A program made the position numbers and the translations under genes. Below are positions 53,287 through 62,825 of a DNA stretch of 64,000 nucleotides, piece after piece. Each line of letters opens with the position of its first letter. The first letter of the stretch is position 1. Under the pieces are notes generated by a model. That model did not search any database. It was not told the origin of the DNA and saw only the letters and a list, made by a program, of their open reading frames with translations. Source of the DNA: Patescibacteria group bacterium (GTDB taxonomy: Bacteria; Patescibacteriota; Minisyncoccia; 2-02-FULL-40-12; GWA2-44-9); the NCBI GenBank assembly GCA_038064515.1, contig JBBTSY010000007.1, positions 18,249 through 82,248 of the forward strand, read 5' to 3'.

Positions 53287-55226
53287 ATGTTTACAAAACT
53301 AGATAAAAACGAGAAGGAGGTGTGGGATTGGGGTCTTGGGAAAGATTTTTCACCCAAGCTTTTAACTAATAAATTATTTGACTCAAGACGATCCTCTATA
53401 GAAAGGTTTATCGGGTCTTTCTTGAGAGAAAACATTGGGGAAATAATTAATCATTGTACTTGGTACGCTCGCGACGACTGGATAACGAAAAATCAAAGCT
53501 TTTCTAAACAATATTCACATAAATGGAAAAAAGAAGAGACTAAAGAAATAGTAGAGATATCTTTAGGTAATGATAAATTACTCATTTTGCCCGTATGCGG
53601 GTTTCCTCTTGAGAGATTTTACTTAACAACCCTGCCCTTATTGAGAGAACAAGACAAAATATCTGAATTGTCGAATCTATCAGAAATTTTCTCTCTTTTT
53701 TATAATAAACAAGGAAGTGAACAAGGAGATTGGGAATCCATGAGAGGGGACTTATTAAATAGTAACGCGAACCTCTTTCTTGCTTTTCTTTTAAGGGAAG
53801 AATATATGGGTAGGCTAAGAGAAAACTTGTCTCAGAAAATTTATTCAGAATTCCATAATAAAGATGAAATGTTGGTGTTCTTTGAGCAATGGTGCGTAAA
53901 TGGTCATTTTCTACATCCAACTCCAAAATCAAAAACAGGTATTCTGCTTAAAGACCTCCTGAAGCTACTACCAGAAGCACATGTAACGTATAAACTTTAT
54001 CTTATTGCATTAAAAAAAGATAAGGCACATTTCTTGTCGATCAGCGGTAGTTTCGATTCATTTTTTGTAAGATTATCGAATTCGCTTCATGAAAAAGTGA
54101 GGAAATATATTAAAAATATTAAAATATTAATGCTAATTTTGAAGATTATTACTTCATCCCAATCCACCCATGGCAATACGAGAATTTTCTTAAAAAAAGA
54201 TTAGCAACAGAACTTGATAGTAATGATTATATCTTTTTGGAAGGAATCGGCGTGAAGGTACAACCACTTATCGCTTTTCGAACTGTATATGTTCCGGAGA
54301 TGAGTGTTTATTTTAAGCTTCCGATAGATGTTCAAATAACAAGTGTTAAAAGAACACTCTCTTCGAAGCCGTGTCATAACGGTATCGCTCTATCTAAAGT
54401 TTTTGATATTCTCAAGAGAAAAGAATGCCTCCCTAATTCATTTGAAATACAATTAGAAATTGCTAGTGTCAGATTGAAAGAAGACTATCCTTCACATAAG
54501 AATTTAAGTTTTGTTACCAGGGAAGGCAGTATCGCAAATCTAACCGAAGAAGATTTAATTCTCCCAGCATCTGCTCTTTTTGAGAAATCACCGAACCTTC
54601 GTCGAGGGAAAATTCTTGAAGAATTGATTTCTGCTTATTCTTTGACTACTGTACAAAAAGCCGGAGGTAAAAAAGTAGTTTTAGAATTTTTTAATAATTA
54701 CATCAAAATTTTATTGCCTCCAGCACTAGATTTATTAACTAAATATGGTATTGGAATAGAAGCACACCTACAAAATTCTATAGTTGTTTTTAGGAACGGA
54801 GTCCCCCATAGATTGATTTATAGAGATTTGGATGCAGTAAATATTTGTACCAAGAGATTTAGTAAGCATTCATTCCTAAGAAATGAATTCTATCCTAACT
54901 CGTGGACAGTATCTGAAGACGCGCAAGCCGCGCAAGACAAGGTGATGCATTCGCTAATACATTCACATATCGCAGAGATGATTAATCAAATAAACTTGAT
55001 TTATGATTTGAATTTTGAGATATTATGGCGATCAGTTGCAGGGCTAATCCGCAACCATTTGGATAACCTCTCCAAAGATTCTTTATTCAGTAATGAGGCA
55101 AAAAAAGATATTGAATATTTTTTTTGTGAATTCACTTATATAAAGTCGCTTTTTCGAATGAAGTTACTCGGAAAAACTAATGAGTATATCCATATTAAAA
55201 CCAAAAATCCTTTATATTTAATATAA
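53287..55226 (+). pseudogene. IucA/IucC-family (NRPS-independent siderophore-type) amide synthetase, split by a frameshift near 54105-54130
   Basis: ORF 53287..54204 is the N-terminal part. The next reading frame opens at 54123 and reads ...YYFIPIHPWQYENFLKK..., the hallmark IucA/IucC HPWQ motif. It continues into ORF 54237..55226, which has GIGIEAHLQNSIVVFRNGVPHRLIYRDLDAVNI, the IucA/IucC EAH.QN...R..YRD core. The frame switch lies in an AATATTAAAAATATTAAAATATTAA repeat. Confidence 0.7.
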
Positions 55227-55229
55227 AAT

Positions 55230-55817
55230 ATGACCATCGTTGCTTCAACAATACTGATAACAGAGTACGGCAGATTTAATGTCAGCTACCATAAAACAAA
55301 AAATGGTGAAGGTCTGTCAATTAAAAAGGGTAAGTTAAACACAACCAATCCCCTCTTAAGGATACAGTCCTCATGTATTTTTAGTGAATCTTTTCACTCC
55401 ACAACTTGTGACTGTTCACTTCAGCTTCAAGGGTCATTAAAAATCATCAATGAATTTGGAAACGGTGCTTTGGTCTATCTTTTTGATGAAGGACGCGGTG
55501 CCGGTCTGCTTACAAAGATAAAAGCAATGGAGATCGAAAGACAGAATGAAATTGATACTGTCGAAGCATTTAAAAAACTGGGATTACCAGCAGACTTGAG
55601 AAATTATAAAATTGCCCTGGATATCTTGGAAGATATTGAAATAAACAAAGAACTCAAATTGATCACGAATAATCCAAACAAAAAGAAAAGTCTAGAAGAG
55701 AATGGATATAAAGTTACTGAAATCGTTAGATTGAATTTAGAACTAAATGATTCGGTAAGAAAATATCTAAAAATGAAAAAAGAAAAGCTCGGGCATGAAT
55801 ATATAGATTTAGAATAG
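55230..55817 (+). CDS. GTP cyclohydrolase II (RibA)-like protein with apparent Tyr105-to-Met substitution
   Basis: 195 aa. The zinc-ligand Cys pattern SSC...TTCDCS parallels RibA C54/C65/C67. GALVYLFDEGRGAGLL, DTVEAF, ADLRNY (Arg128 equivalent) and LITNNPNKK all align to RibA. The position equivalent to Tyr105 (KIKAMEIERQ) is Met. Confidence 0.75.
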   Translation: MTIVASTILITEYGRFNVSYHKTKNGEGLSIKKGKLNTTNPLLRIQSSCIFSESFHSTTCDCSLQLQGSLKIINEFGNGALVYLFDEGRGAGLLTKIKAMEIERQNEIDTVEAFKKLGLPADLRNYKIALDILEDIEINKELKLITNNPNKKKSLEENGYKVTEIVRLNLELNDSVRKYLKMKKEKLGHEYIDLE

Positions 55818-55819
55818 CC

Positions 55820-56644
55820 ATGCATGGTCAAACAGAGTTGGAAAAAACAATAGAGTCAACTTATAGGAATCTTGCCGAGAAGCATTTTAAGGATCTTTAT
55901 ATCTTCTGTTACCAAACAGGAAGTTTTGTGTATGGCGGCGGAACTCCCGGTAAAAGCGATTTGGACGTAACCGTTGTTTTTAAAGATTCAGTTTATAATT
56001 TACCCCCTAGGGAGCTCCTCAATCGTATTGAAGACTTTATTGTCGGTTATCTTAAACTACATGAGCAAACTGGGTATAATCCCGATATCACCTTTCCCGG
56101 AGAGTATGTGACGGAAGCGATGTTTATTGATGCTATAGCAGGTAGGGGGTTTCATGTTGAGAACGGAAGGTTATTTCTACCAAAAGCTTCAAGAGAATAT
56201 TATCTAGAAGATTCTGAGCGAGGATTTAGAGCATGGTTAAGTCAATCAGCCTTTAATAAATTTCTTGCGGGTGATAGGAACACTTATAAAGATAAAAAAA
56301 TAAAAGGTTGGTGCACAATTCTTAAATTTATATTAAAAGATATCGAATCTCAGGCAATAAATGTCTCCGATATTCTAGGACGACTTAGGATATTTGGGGT
56401 ACACGATGATTACTGGAATTTCGGTAATATGGAGAGTTTGTGGATTATAAAAAGTTTAGAAAAACTTTCCGAAGATGGTTTTGTGATCAAGAGTGAGGGT
56501 TATTTTTCCCCACAGCCAATCAAATTACATGAATGGGAATCTGAAGTTGCATACGCAATAACAACAGGACTGATAAAAAAGAGTAGCATCCTCGTAGGGG
56601 CAGAAGAAACTGTGTTATTATCAAAGTATGCCAATGAGAATTAG
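55820..56644 (+). CDS. Pol-beta superfamily nucleotidyltransferase (MNT/ANT-like)
   Basis: 274 aa. The motif YGGGTPGKSDLDVTVVF is the G[GS]-x9-13-DxD NTase signature. The start is 3 nt after the RibA-like stop. Confidence 0.7.
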   Translation: MHGQTELEKTIESTYRNLAEKHFKDLYIFCYQTGSFVYGGGTPGKSDLDVTVVFKDSVYNLPPRELLNRIEDFIVGYLKLHEQTGYNPDITFPGEYVTEAMFIDAIAGRGFHVENGRLFLPKASREYYLEDSERGFRAWLSQSAFNKFLAGDRNTYKDKKIKGWCTILKFILKDIESQAINVSDILGRLRIFGVHDDYWNFGNMESLWIIKSLEKLSEDGFVIKSEGYFSPQPIKLHEWESEVAYAITTGLIKKSSILVGAEETVLLSKYANEN

Positions 56645-56673
56645 ATAAACAAGGAATCGGGTTTTAGAAAACT

Positions 56674-58356
56674 ATGAAATCAATCATTGATACGTTATAC
56701 AGTGCAATAGATGTGGTACTTACTGACATGGACGTCACAGACATTAAGTACTCGATAGAGTACCCGGAGGAATTGCTTTATGGAGATTACTCAACAAATG
56801 TAGCAATGGTGGCTGCGAAAGCGGTCGTAATGAATCCAAAGGAACTAGCAAGAAAAATTGTCGAAAGGCTTGGTTTTATTAATAGTATTTCGAAAATAGA
56901 AATTGCTGGGTCCGGATTCATCAATTTTCATCTTTCACGTGAATATTTTGCCGAAACCGTAAAAAAAATTGATGATAACTGGGGAAGAGGGTCTATTCTT
57001 TCCGGAAAAAAAATTCTTATTGAGAAAAGTGCACCAAATTTATTTAAACCGTTTCATGTTGGGCACCTCCTTAACATTTCTATCGGCGAATCACTCGCGC
57101 GGATTTTGTATTTTTCGGGTGCGGATGTTATCCCCGTTGCATATCCTTCAGATATTTCACTCGGCGTTGCTAAGACAATTTGGGCAATTTTAAAAAAACA
57201 CACACAAGGCAAACTCACAATTAATATTCTCGGTGAATGTTACATTTACGGCACTAGGATGTACGACGAAGATGAAAATATAAAGCAGGAAATAATCGAA
57301 ATTAATAAAAAGCTCAATACGAAAGAATCGGGTGTTGTATGGGACACGTATAAGGAAGGGAGAGAACTCAATTTACAGTATTTTAAAAAAATTACCGCGC
57401 GCCTTAAGTCAGAATTTGCAGATTATTTTTTTGAAAGTGATTCTGGTGTGGTAGGAAAGAAAATTGTTCAAGCAAACATAGGAAAAGTTTTTGAAGAGTC
57501 CAATGGCGCAATTATTTTTAAAGGTGAAAAGTATGGACTTCATACACGTGTATTCGTGACATCCTTAGGACTTCCTGTGTATGAGGCAAAAGATATAGGT
57601 TTATTAAAGCTAAAGTTCGAGAAATACAACCCAGATGTTTCGGTGGTAATCACTGATGTTGAACAGAAACAATATTTTGAAGTCATTAAAAAAGCGGCAA
57701 TGTTGATTCATGAAGAGTGGGGTACGCGATCAATTTACTGGCAACACGGACGTTTACGTTTTAAGGGAGAAAAAATTTCTTCACGATATGGTAATGTTCC
57801 TTTAGTTGAAGATTTACTTGAACAGGTAAAGGGAGTCGTGCGCGAGAAAATGAATGTTGTTAAGCGGAAGGTACAAATTAGCAACAATGATATTTTGATT
57901 GAAAAGATCGCGCTTGCCGCACTTCGCTACTCATTTTTACAGGGTGGATCTGGTAAAAATATTATATTTGATTTCAAACAATCTGTATCGCTGGAGGGGA
58001 ACTCGGGAATATATTTACAGTATTCATATGTTCGCGCACAAAGCGTGCTTGAAAAAGTGAGCGATGACTCTATCACGATACACGATACAATGTTGATCCC
58101 CAAAGAAATCCCAGTATTTGAAAGACTCTTACCGCGATTTCCCGCAACAGTAGAACGTGCATCAAAAGAGTATGAGCCACACTATGTGACAACGTATCTT
58201 ACTGAGCTTGCATCAACATTTAACAGTTGGTACGCAAATGAGCGCATAATTGGCTCTGAATATGAATCATATAAGCGTGCACTCACAAAAGCATTTGCAA
58301 CAACAATGAAAAATGGTTTGTGGCTCTTGGGTATTGATGCGCCAGAGAGGATGTAA
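56674..58356 (+). CDS. argS: Arginyl-tRNA synthetase, compositionally AT-rich relative to other aaRS genes in the window
   Basis: 560 aa. HIGH appears as KPFHVGHLLN. An N-terminal Arg_tRNA_synt_N-like domain and a C-terminal DALR-type anticodon-binding domain are present. Confidence 0.85.
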   Translation: MKSIIDTLYSAIDVVLTDMDVTDIKYSIEYPEELLYGDYSTNVAMVAAKAVVMNPKELARKIVERLGFINSISKIEIAGSGFINFHLSREYFAETVKKIDDNWGRGSILSGKKILIEKSAPNLFKPFHVGHLLNISIGESLARILYFSGADVIPVAYPSDISLGVAKTIWAILKKHTQGKLTINILGECYIYGTRMYDEDENIKQEIIEINKKLNTKESGVVWDTYKEGRELNLQYFKKITARLKSEFADYFFESDSGVVGKKIVQANIGKVFEESNGAIIFKGEKYGLHTRVFVTSLGLPVYEAKDIGLLKLKFEKYNPDVSVVITDVEQKQYFEVIKKAAMLIHEEWGTRSIYWQHGRLRFKGEKISSRYGNVPLVEDLLEQVKGVVREKMNVVKRKVQISNNDILIEKIALAALRYSFLQGGSGKNIIFDFKQSVSLEGNSGIYLQYSYVRAQSVLEKVSDDSITIHDTMLIPKEIPVFERLLPRFPATVERASKEYEPHYVTTYLTELASTFNSWYANERIIGSEYESYKRALTKAFATTMKNGLWLLGIDAPERM

Positions 58357-58357
58357 T

Positions 58358-59566
58358 TTATCTCGTATTTGGTCTTTTTGTCCATTCGTATATCTCGTGA
58401 GATATAAGGATGGGTCGATAATGGAATTTATTCTCCCCATCGGTTTGACAGAAGGAAAAATTTGCTTTATGACCATGCCCACCATAAGCATCGTTTCCTC
58501 TTTCTATATCTAAAATATTTTTATTTTCCAGGATTATGGAATTTGGTATGGTGTAATTTATTTTCCCAAATACCGATACATACATGGCGCGCTCTTTGTA
58601 TTCTTTAGTATGGAAATACTTTCTTAGATCATCATGGGTTTTAAAAATAGATATATAAAAAATTGGGCTAAACCATTCTGTGTAGTTTTTCTCTTTTAGC
58701 AGATTAGAGACTATTACTGTTGGATATACTATCGCTTTACTAAAATCAATGATACCGCCGTACCGTATCTGATCAGAATTTTTGATAAGCATTGCACTTA
58801 TTTCTAGAATATTTTCTTTATGAATAATTTTACCAACCCTGACCGAATGCTTAGTATATTGACCAACTTCTAATATAGTCAGCTTAGCTATAAGCAAATC
58901 TGAAAATTTCTTTGATATTGAAGAGTGAACAAATATAACATCGGGACCAGCACAATCCTGCCCGCTGTTAAAAATTCTTGATTGAATTGTTTTCTCTACT
59001 GCGAGATCGAGATCAGCATTTTGAGTTACTACTACAGGATTTATACCAGCACCATTGTATATAAAGAGTGAGTATGGTTTGCACTGTTCCAAAACTTGCA
59101 TCGCGTTATTATAAGTTCCGGTGAAGATGACCACATCTGAGCTAGAGATATAGTCTTTTAAAAAAGTTTTCCGTTCTGAATGGGAAAACTCTATTTTTGG
59201 GAAAAGAGTTTTGAAATCCAGAATCACAATAATATCATCTAAAATATCTCTTGCGAGCAGGGGCGGGCGTAAATAGATATTTAACGATTGAAAACTAGGT
59301 ATTACGGCAAAAAGTACTAAAGAATACAGGGGTAAATTTATTGGCAAAAAAACACTTATGCTATTTACACATACCGTTTCTAAATATTTTTTTTCTTTCC
59401 GAATATTCAGAAGGCAATCCAGTGACCGCTCGATTTCATTGTTTACTGTTTCAAAACTTTCATAATTCAGAAGGCAGTTTACGAGTTTTTCCTTATTCTT
59501 AAGAATCCTTACTACCAACTCTCGTGAAATGATGGATGTTTGATCTATAGAATAATTCGCATTCAT
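58358..59566 (-). CDS. Aldehyde-dehydrogenase-superfamily protein (possibly LuxC-type acyl reductase)
   Basis: 402 aa. FNSGQDCAGPDVIFVH resembles the ALDH catalytic-Cys motif F.N.GQ.C.A. The canonical ELGGK motif was not recognised, so the family assignment is tentative. Confidence 0.45.
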   Translation of the reverse strand: MNANYSIDQTSIISRELVVRILKNKEKLVNCLLNYESFETVNNEIERSLDCLLNIRKEKKYLETVCVNSISVFLPINLPLYSLVLFAVIPSFQSLNIYLRPPLLARDILDDIIVILDFKTLFPKIEFSHSERKTFLKDYISSSDVVIFTGTYNNAMQVLEQCKPYSLFIYNGAGINPVVVTQNADLDLAVEKTIQSRIFNSGQDCAGPDVIFVHSSISKKFSDLLIAKLTILEVGQYTKHSVRVGKIIHKENILEISAMLIKNSDQIRYGGIIDFSKAIVYPTVIVSNLLKEKNYTEWFSPIFYISIFKTHDDLRKYFHTKEYKERAMYVSVFGKINYTIPNSIILENKNILDIERGNDAYGGHGHKANFSFCQTDGENKFHYRPILISHEIYEWTKRPNTR

Positions 59567-59734
59567 CCAGTAATTATGAATATATTTTAAAGATTATATC
59601 AATTTTTTTCTAGGTTCGCTCTGAATCATGTAATTATTGTAGCATCCCGTTAAAAAAAAGTCGCTGGCCTCAAAAGCGGACTTCTGTCACCTGATTGAAA
59701 AAATTCTTCAAAAGCCTCATACTGAAGAGGTACT

Positions 59735-60796
59735 ATGTTATATTCTCCATCATCAAAAATGAACAGTCACGATCACGATAAAGTTATTATTAATACCGTC
59801 AAGAAGGTTGCTCCTTCGGTCGTCAGCATAGTTATATCAAAATATATGCCGCAAATTAGAGATGTAAGCTCAACTTCCTTCTTTAATCCATTTGTGTTTG
59901 ATATTGCCGATGATGGAGCAAAGCAAAAAGTAAAAGTGGGCGGCGGCTCCGGATTTATCGTACATCCCGATGGCCTTATCCTCACCAACAAGCACGTCGT
60001 CTCCGAAGAAGATGCGGAATATATGGTCATTACCAATGACCATAAAGAATTACCGGCCAAGGTCCTTTCGCGTGATCCTATCAATGACATCGCTATGCTC
60101 AAGGTAGAAGCAGTCGGCCTGCCGGCGCTTGAACTTGGCGATTCAACCCAGCTGGAACTGGGCCAAACCGTCATCGCCATCGGCAATGCCCTTGGCATGT
60201 TCAGCAATAGCGTATCAAAAGGCATCGTATCCGGCCTCGCTCGCACGATTTCCGCCTCTTTGAGCAACGGCGGCCACATGGAAAATCTCCGCGGCGTTAT
60301 CCAGACCGATGTCGCTATCAATCAAGGCAACTCGGGTGGCCCGCTTCTTAACTTAGACGGCCAAGCCATTGCAATCAATACAGCCGTTATCTTCGGCGCC
60401 CAGAACATCGGTTTCTCTATTCCTATCAATCTTGCCAAGAGCGACATTAACGATATTCTTAAACACGGCCGGATCATCAAACCATACATCGGCCTCATGT
60501 ATACGATGCTCTCGAAAGAGGCGCAAGAAAAATATAATCTCCCCGTCGACCACGGCGCATTAGTTATGCGCGACCACCTGCCTGATTCCAAAGCCGTCAT
60601 TGATAAATCCCCCGCCGCTAAGGCCGGCGTGAAAGAAAATGACATCATCACGGCCATAAACGGCAAAGAGCTTGCAGGAGATGCAGACTTTTCCGATTTG
60701 CTTCAGGCCTGCAAAGTCGGTGACGAGATAGAGCTCAATATTCTTCGTAAGGATACCCCCCATAAACTCAAGCTTACCCTCGAAGAACGAACATAG
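59735..60796 (+). CDS. htrA: HtrA/DegP-family serine protease with C-terminal PDZ domain
   Basis: 353 aa. The catalytic triad context is HVV...D...GNSGGPLLN. A PDZ region (ITAINGKELAG...) follows. Confidence 0.9.
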   Translation: MLYSPSSKMNSHDHDKVIINTVKKVAPSVVSIVISKYMPQIRDVSSTSFFNPFVFDIADDGAKQKVKVGGGSGFIVHPDGLILTNKHVVSEEDAEYMVITNDHKELPAKVLSRDPINDIAMLKVEAVGLPALELGDSTQLELGQTVIAIGNALGMFSNSVSKGIVSGLARTISASLSNGGHMENLRGVIQTDVAINQGNSGGPLLNLDGQAIAINTAVIFGAQNIGFSIPINLAKSDINDILKHGRIIKPYIGLMYTMLSKEAQEKYNLPVDHGALVMRDHLPDSKAVIDKSPAAKAGVKENDIITAINGKELAGDADFSDLLQACKVGDEIELNILRKDTPHKLKLTLEERT

Positions 60797-60797
60797 C

Positions 60798-61361
60798 ATG
60801 GATCTCACTCTCTTTTGGTATTTCAACGGGTGGGCGGGACACGGCGCCCTCTGGGACAGTGTTATTGTATTTATTGCGTCGGACTTGCAATATGTGCTGG
60901 GTGCACTGCTCGTTGTGCTCGTTTTCTGGCCGATACGCCCCGCCTCGCCGAAGACGATGAGTCGAGGCGGGCACATCCGCATGTTCGGAGCGGCGTTCGC
61001 CGCCGCCATCTTTGCGCGATTAGTGGTCAAACCACTCATTCTGCTGTTTGTGCACCGTGCCCGCCCATTCATCACGCTCGACGGCGTTCGCAACCTTATC
61101 GGAACCGACCCGGGCGAAAACCTTCAATCTTTTCCATCGGGCCATGCTATTTTCTTCTTTGCGCTGGCCACAGCGGTATATCGATACGATAAACGATGGG
61201 GATGCATATTTTTCGCGGGAGCACTTCTCATGGGCGCCGCCCGCATCATCGGCGGTGTCCACTGGCCAAGTGATATCCTGGGCGGCGCACTTATCGGTAT
61301 GCTCATCGGCTGGTTAATGATACAGTTCATCCCACCGTTTCCTCGTGCTTCGTCTTCGTAA
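60798..61361 (+). CDS. PAP2-family phosphatase (undecaprenyl-diphosphatase BcrC-like), membrane protein
   Basis: 187 aa. The PAP2 motifs are FPSGH and ARIIGGVHWPSDILGG. Confidence 0.8.
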   Translation: MDLTLFWYFNGWAGHGALWDSVIVFIASDLQYVLGALLVVLVFWPIRPASPKTMSRGGHIRMFGAAFAAAIFARLVVKPLILLFVHRARPFITLDGVRNLIGTDPGENLQSFPSGHAIFFFALATAVYRYDKRWGCIFFAGALLMGAARIIGGVHWPSDILGGALIGMLIGWLMIQFIPPFPRASSS

Positions 61362-61385
61362 GAATAATAAATTAATTTACATAAC

Positions 61386-61826
61386 ATGTCTGATTTCACT
61401 ACTAATCCACGCGCACACTTCGACTATGAAATCCTCGAGACCATCGAGGCAGGTTTGGCATTGCGTGGTTACGAGGTAAAGTCCATCAAATCCGGGAAGG
61501 TATCCCTCAAGGGCGCTTACGTTAAAATCATCAACGGCAAACCGGTTCTTCTGGGCGCTATTATTTCACCCTATCAAGCGGGTAATGTTCCTCCCGACTA
61601 TAATCCCCAAGCAACACGCGAACTGCTCTTGAGCAAGCGGGAGGTTTCCGCCCTCGTCAGCCTCTCAAAATCCCAAGGTCTAACTCTTGTACCGTTAAAG
61701 CTGTATCCCAAGGGTAATTTAGTGAAGCTTCTTATCGGCGTAGCCCGAGGTAAGAAAAAACACGACAAGCGCGAAGCGATTAAGAAAAAAGATATCGCCC
61801 GCTCCCAACAGCGCGGAACAGAATAA
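61386..61826 (+). CDS. smpB: SsrA-binding protein
   Basis: 146 aa. FDYEILETIEAGLALRGYEVKSIKSGKVSLKGAYV... and a basic C-terminal tail. The tmRNA gene lies approximately 1 kb downstream. Confidence 0.9.
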   Translation: MSDFTTNPRAHFDYEILETIEAGLALRGYEVKSIKSGKVSLKGAYVKIINGKPVLLGAIISPYQAGNVPPDYNPQATRELLLSKREVSALVSLSKSQGLTLVPLKLYPKGNLVKLLIGVARGKKKHDKREAIKKKDIARSQQRGTE

Positions 61827-61848
61827 TATTATTTTAGGCGGGTTGACC

Positions 61849-62005
61849 CTTACACTCACAAACGAGTCGTTCCTGCCTGCCAGCAGGCAGGCCTAGTGAA
61901 TGGCGAGAATTGTCATTTTATTATAGAGATAAGACGACTGTTTGGAAGAGTTTTTTGCAATACACAATGTGGCGGAACGCGAGCCATATCTCGTTAGTGA
62001 GTGTG
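61849..62005. repeat. MITE-like element: approximately 25-bp imperfect terminal inverted repeats flanking approximately 105 bp that contains a perfect GC-rich hairpin
   Basis: The left arm is GTTGACCCTTACACTCACAAACGAG at approximately 61851-61875. The right arm at approximately 61980-62005 is the reverse complement of GTCAACCCTCACACTCACTAACGAG. An internal palindrome CCTGCCTGC-CAG-CAGGCAGG lies at approximately 61883-61903. Confidence 0.4.
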
Positions 62006-62206
62006 AGGGTTGACATATCACCAAGATACGATAAGATGAAAACGTGATGAATCAGATAAACTACTTTACGTGGGTCAAGCAACTTATTACTCGATTTTTT
62101 TTCGGAGGTTCATTCGAGCTCTCGTTAGTCCCGATCCGCACCAAGCCAAGCAGGAAATAAGGAAATCTCGAATCAACCCCCGAATGCCTCGGGGGTTGAT
62201 TGTTCC

Positions 62207-62719
62207 TTGGGAGATATCTGGAATATGAATCGAGAAGTCGCTGAAGCCCTCCGTCCTCGCCTTTTCCTGACTCTCCGGCATGGAAATCCGGCCAGCGTCG
62301 CGTTTATCAACTACGCCAATTCAGTGGTTGGCTATGATGAACGCGGAGCATTGCGCTTCCAGGTCTGCGAAACTCCGGAAGACATTCAACGAGAATTGGG
62401 ATCGGGCGGTGATGACGATCCCCACACGCCAGCCGTCGTGGTGTTCGATAACCAAAACTTCAGCCGTCAGTTCCGACCTCTACCAGGGTCTCTGACGGAC
62501 AAAACACCGATTGTCTCTTGGGCTCCATACGCTCACTGGGCGGTGATGCTGGGACCAAAGTCAGTGCCTCAACTCTGCCTCGAGCAATCAGTAACAATGT
62601 TCGTCAAGAACTTCGTCGCGCGGCGAACAAAGGGCCTTTACCCCTGGCAACAATGCAAGCCCCGGCCTCCCGTCGGCCTTCCAAGCCTGCGCACGAGCAC
62701 TATGGGGATCTACCTCTAG
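62207..62719 (+). CDS. Hypothetical protein in a GC-rich segment (low confidence)
   Basis: 170-aa ORF. It lies in an approximately 0.65-kb stretch whose G+C is visibly above the genome background. No recognisable motifs. Confidence 0.2.
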   Translation: MGDIWNMNREVAEALRPRLFLTLRHGNPASVAFINYANSVVGYDERGALRFQVCETPEDIQRELGSGGDDDPHTPAVVVFDNQNFSRQFRPLPGSLTDKTPIVSWAPYAHWAVMLGPKSVPQLCLEQSVTMFVKNFVARRTKGLYPWQQCKPRPPVGLPSLRTSTMGIYL

Positions 62720-62788
62720 TCTAGGTGCTCACCCTCGGGTGTCGCGCAACGTGCGCGGCACCCGATCCCTTTTTTAAAAATGCTGTGC

Positions 62789-62817
62789 TTGTCAATCGCT
62801 ATTTTTCATGCTATAAT
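62789..62817 (+). promoter_or_regulatory. Sigma70-type promoter for ssrA: TTGTCA - 17 nt - TATAAT
   Basis: The -35 TTGTCA is at 62789-62794 and the -10 TATAAT at 62812-62817. The tmRNA 5' end lies 8 nt downstream. Confidence 0.6.
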
Positions 62818-62825
62818 GCTGTCTT

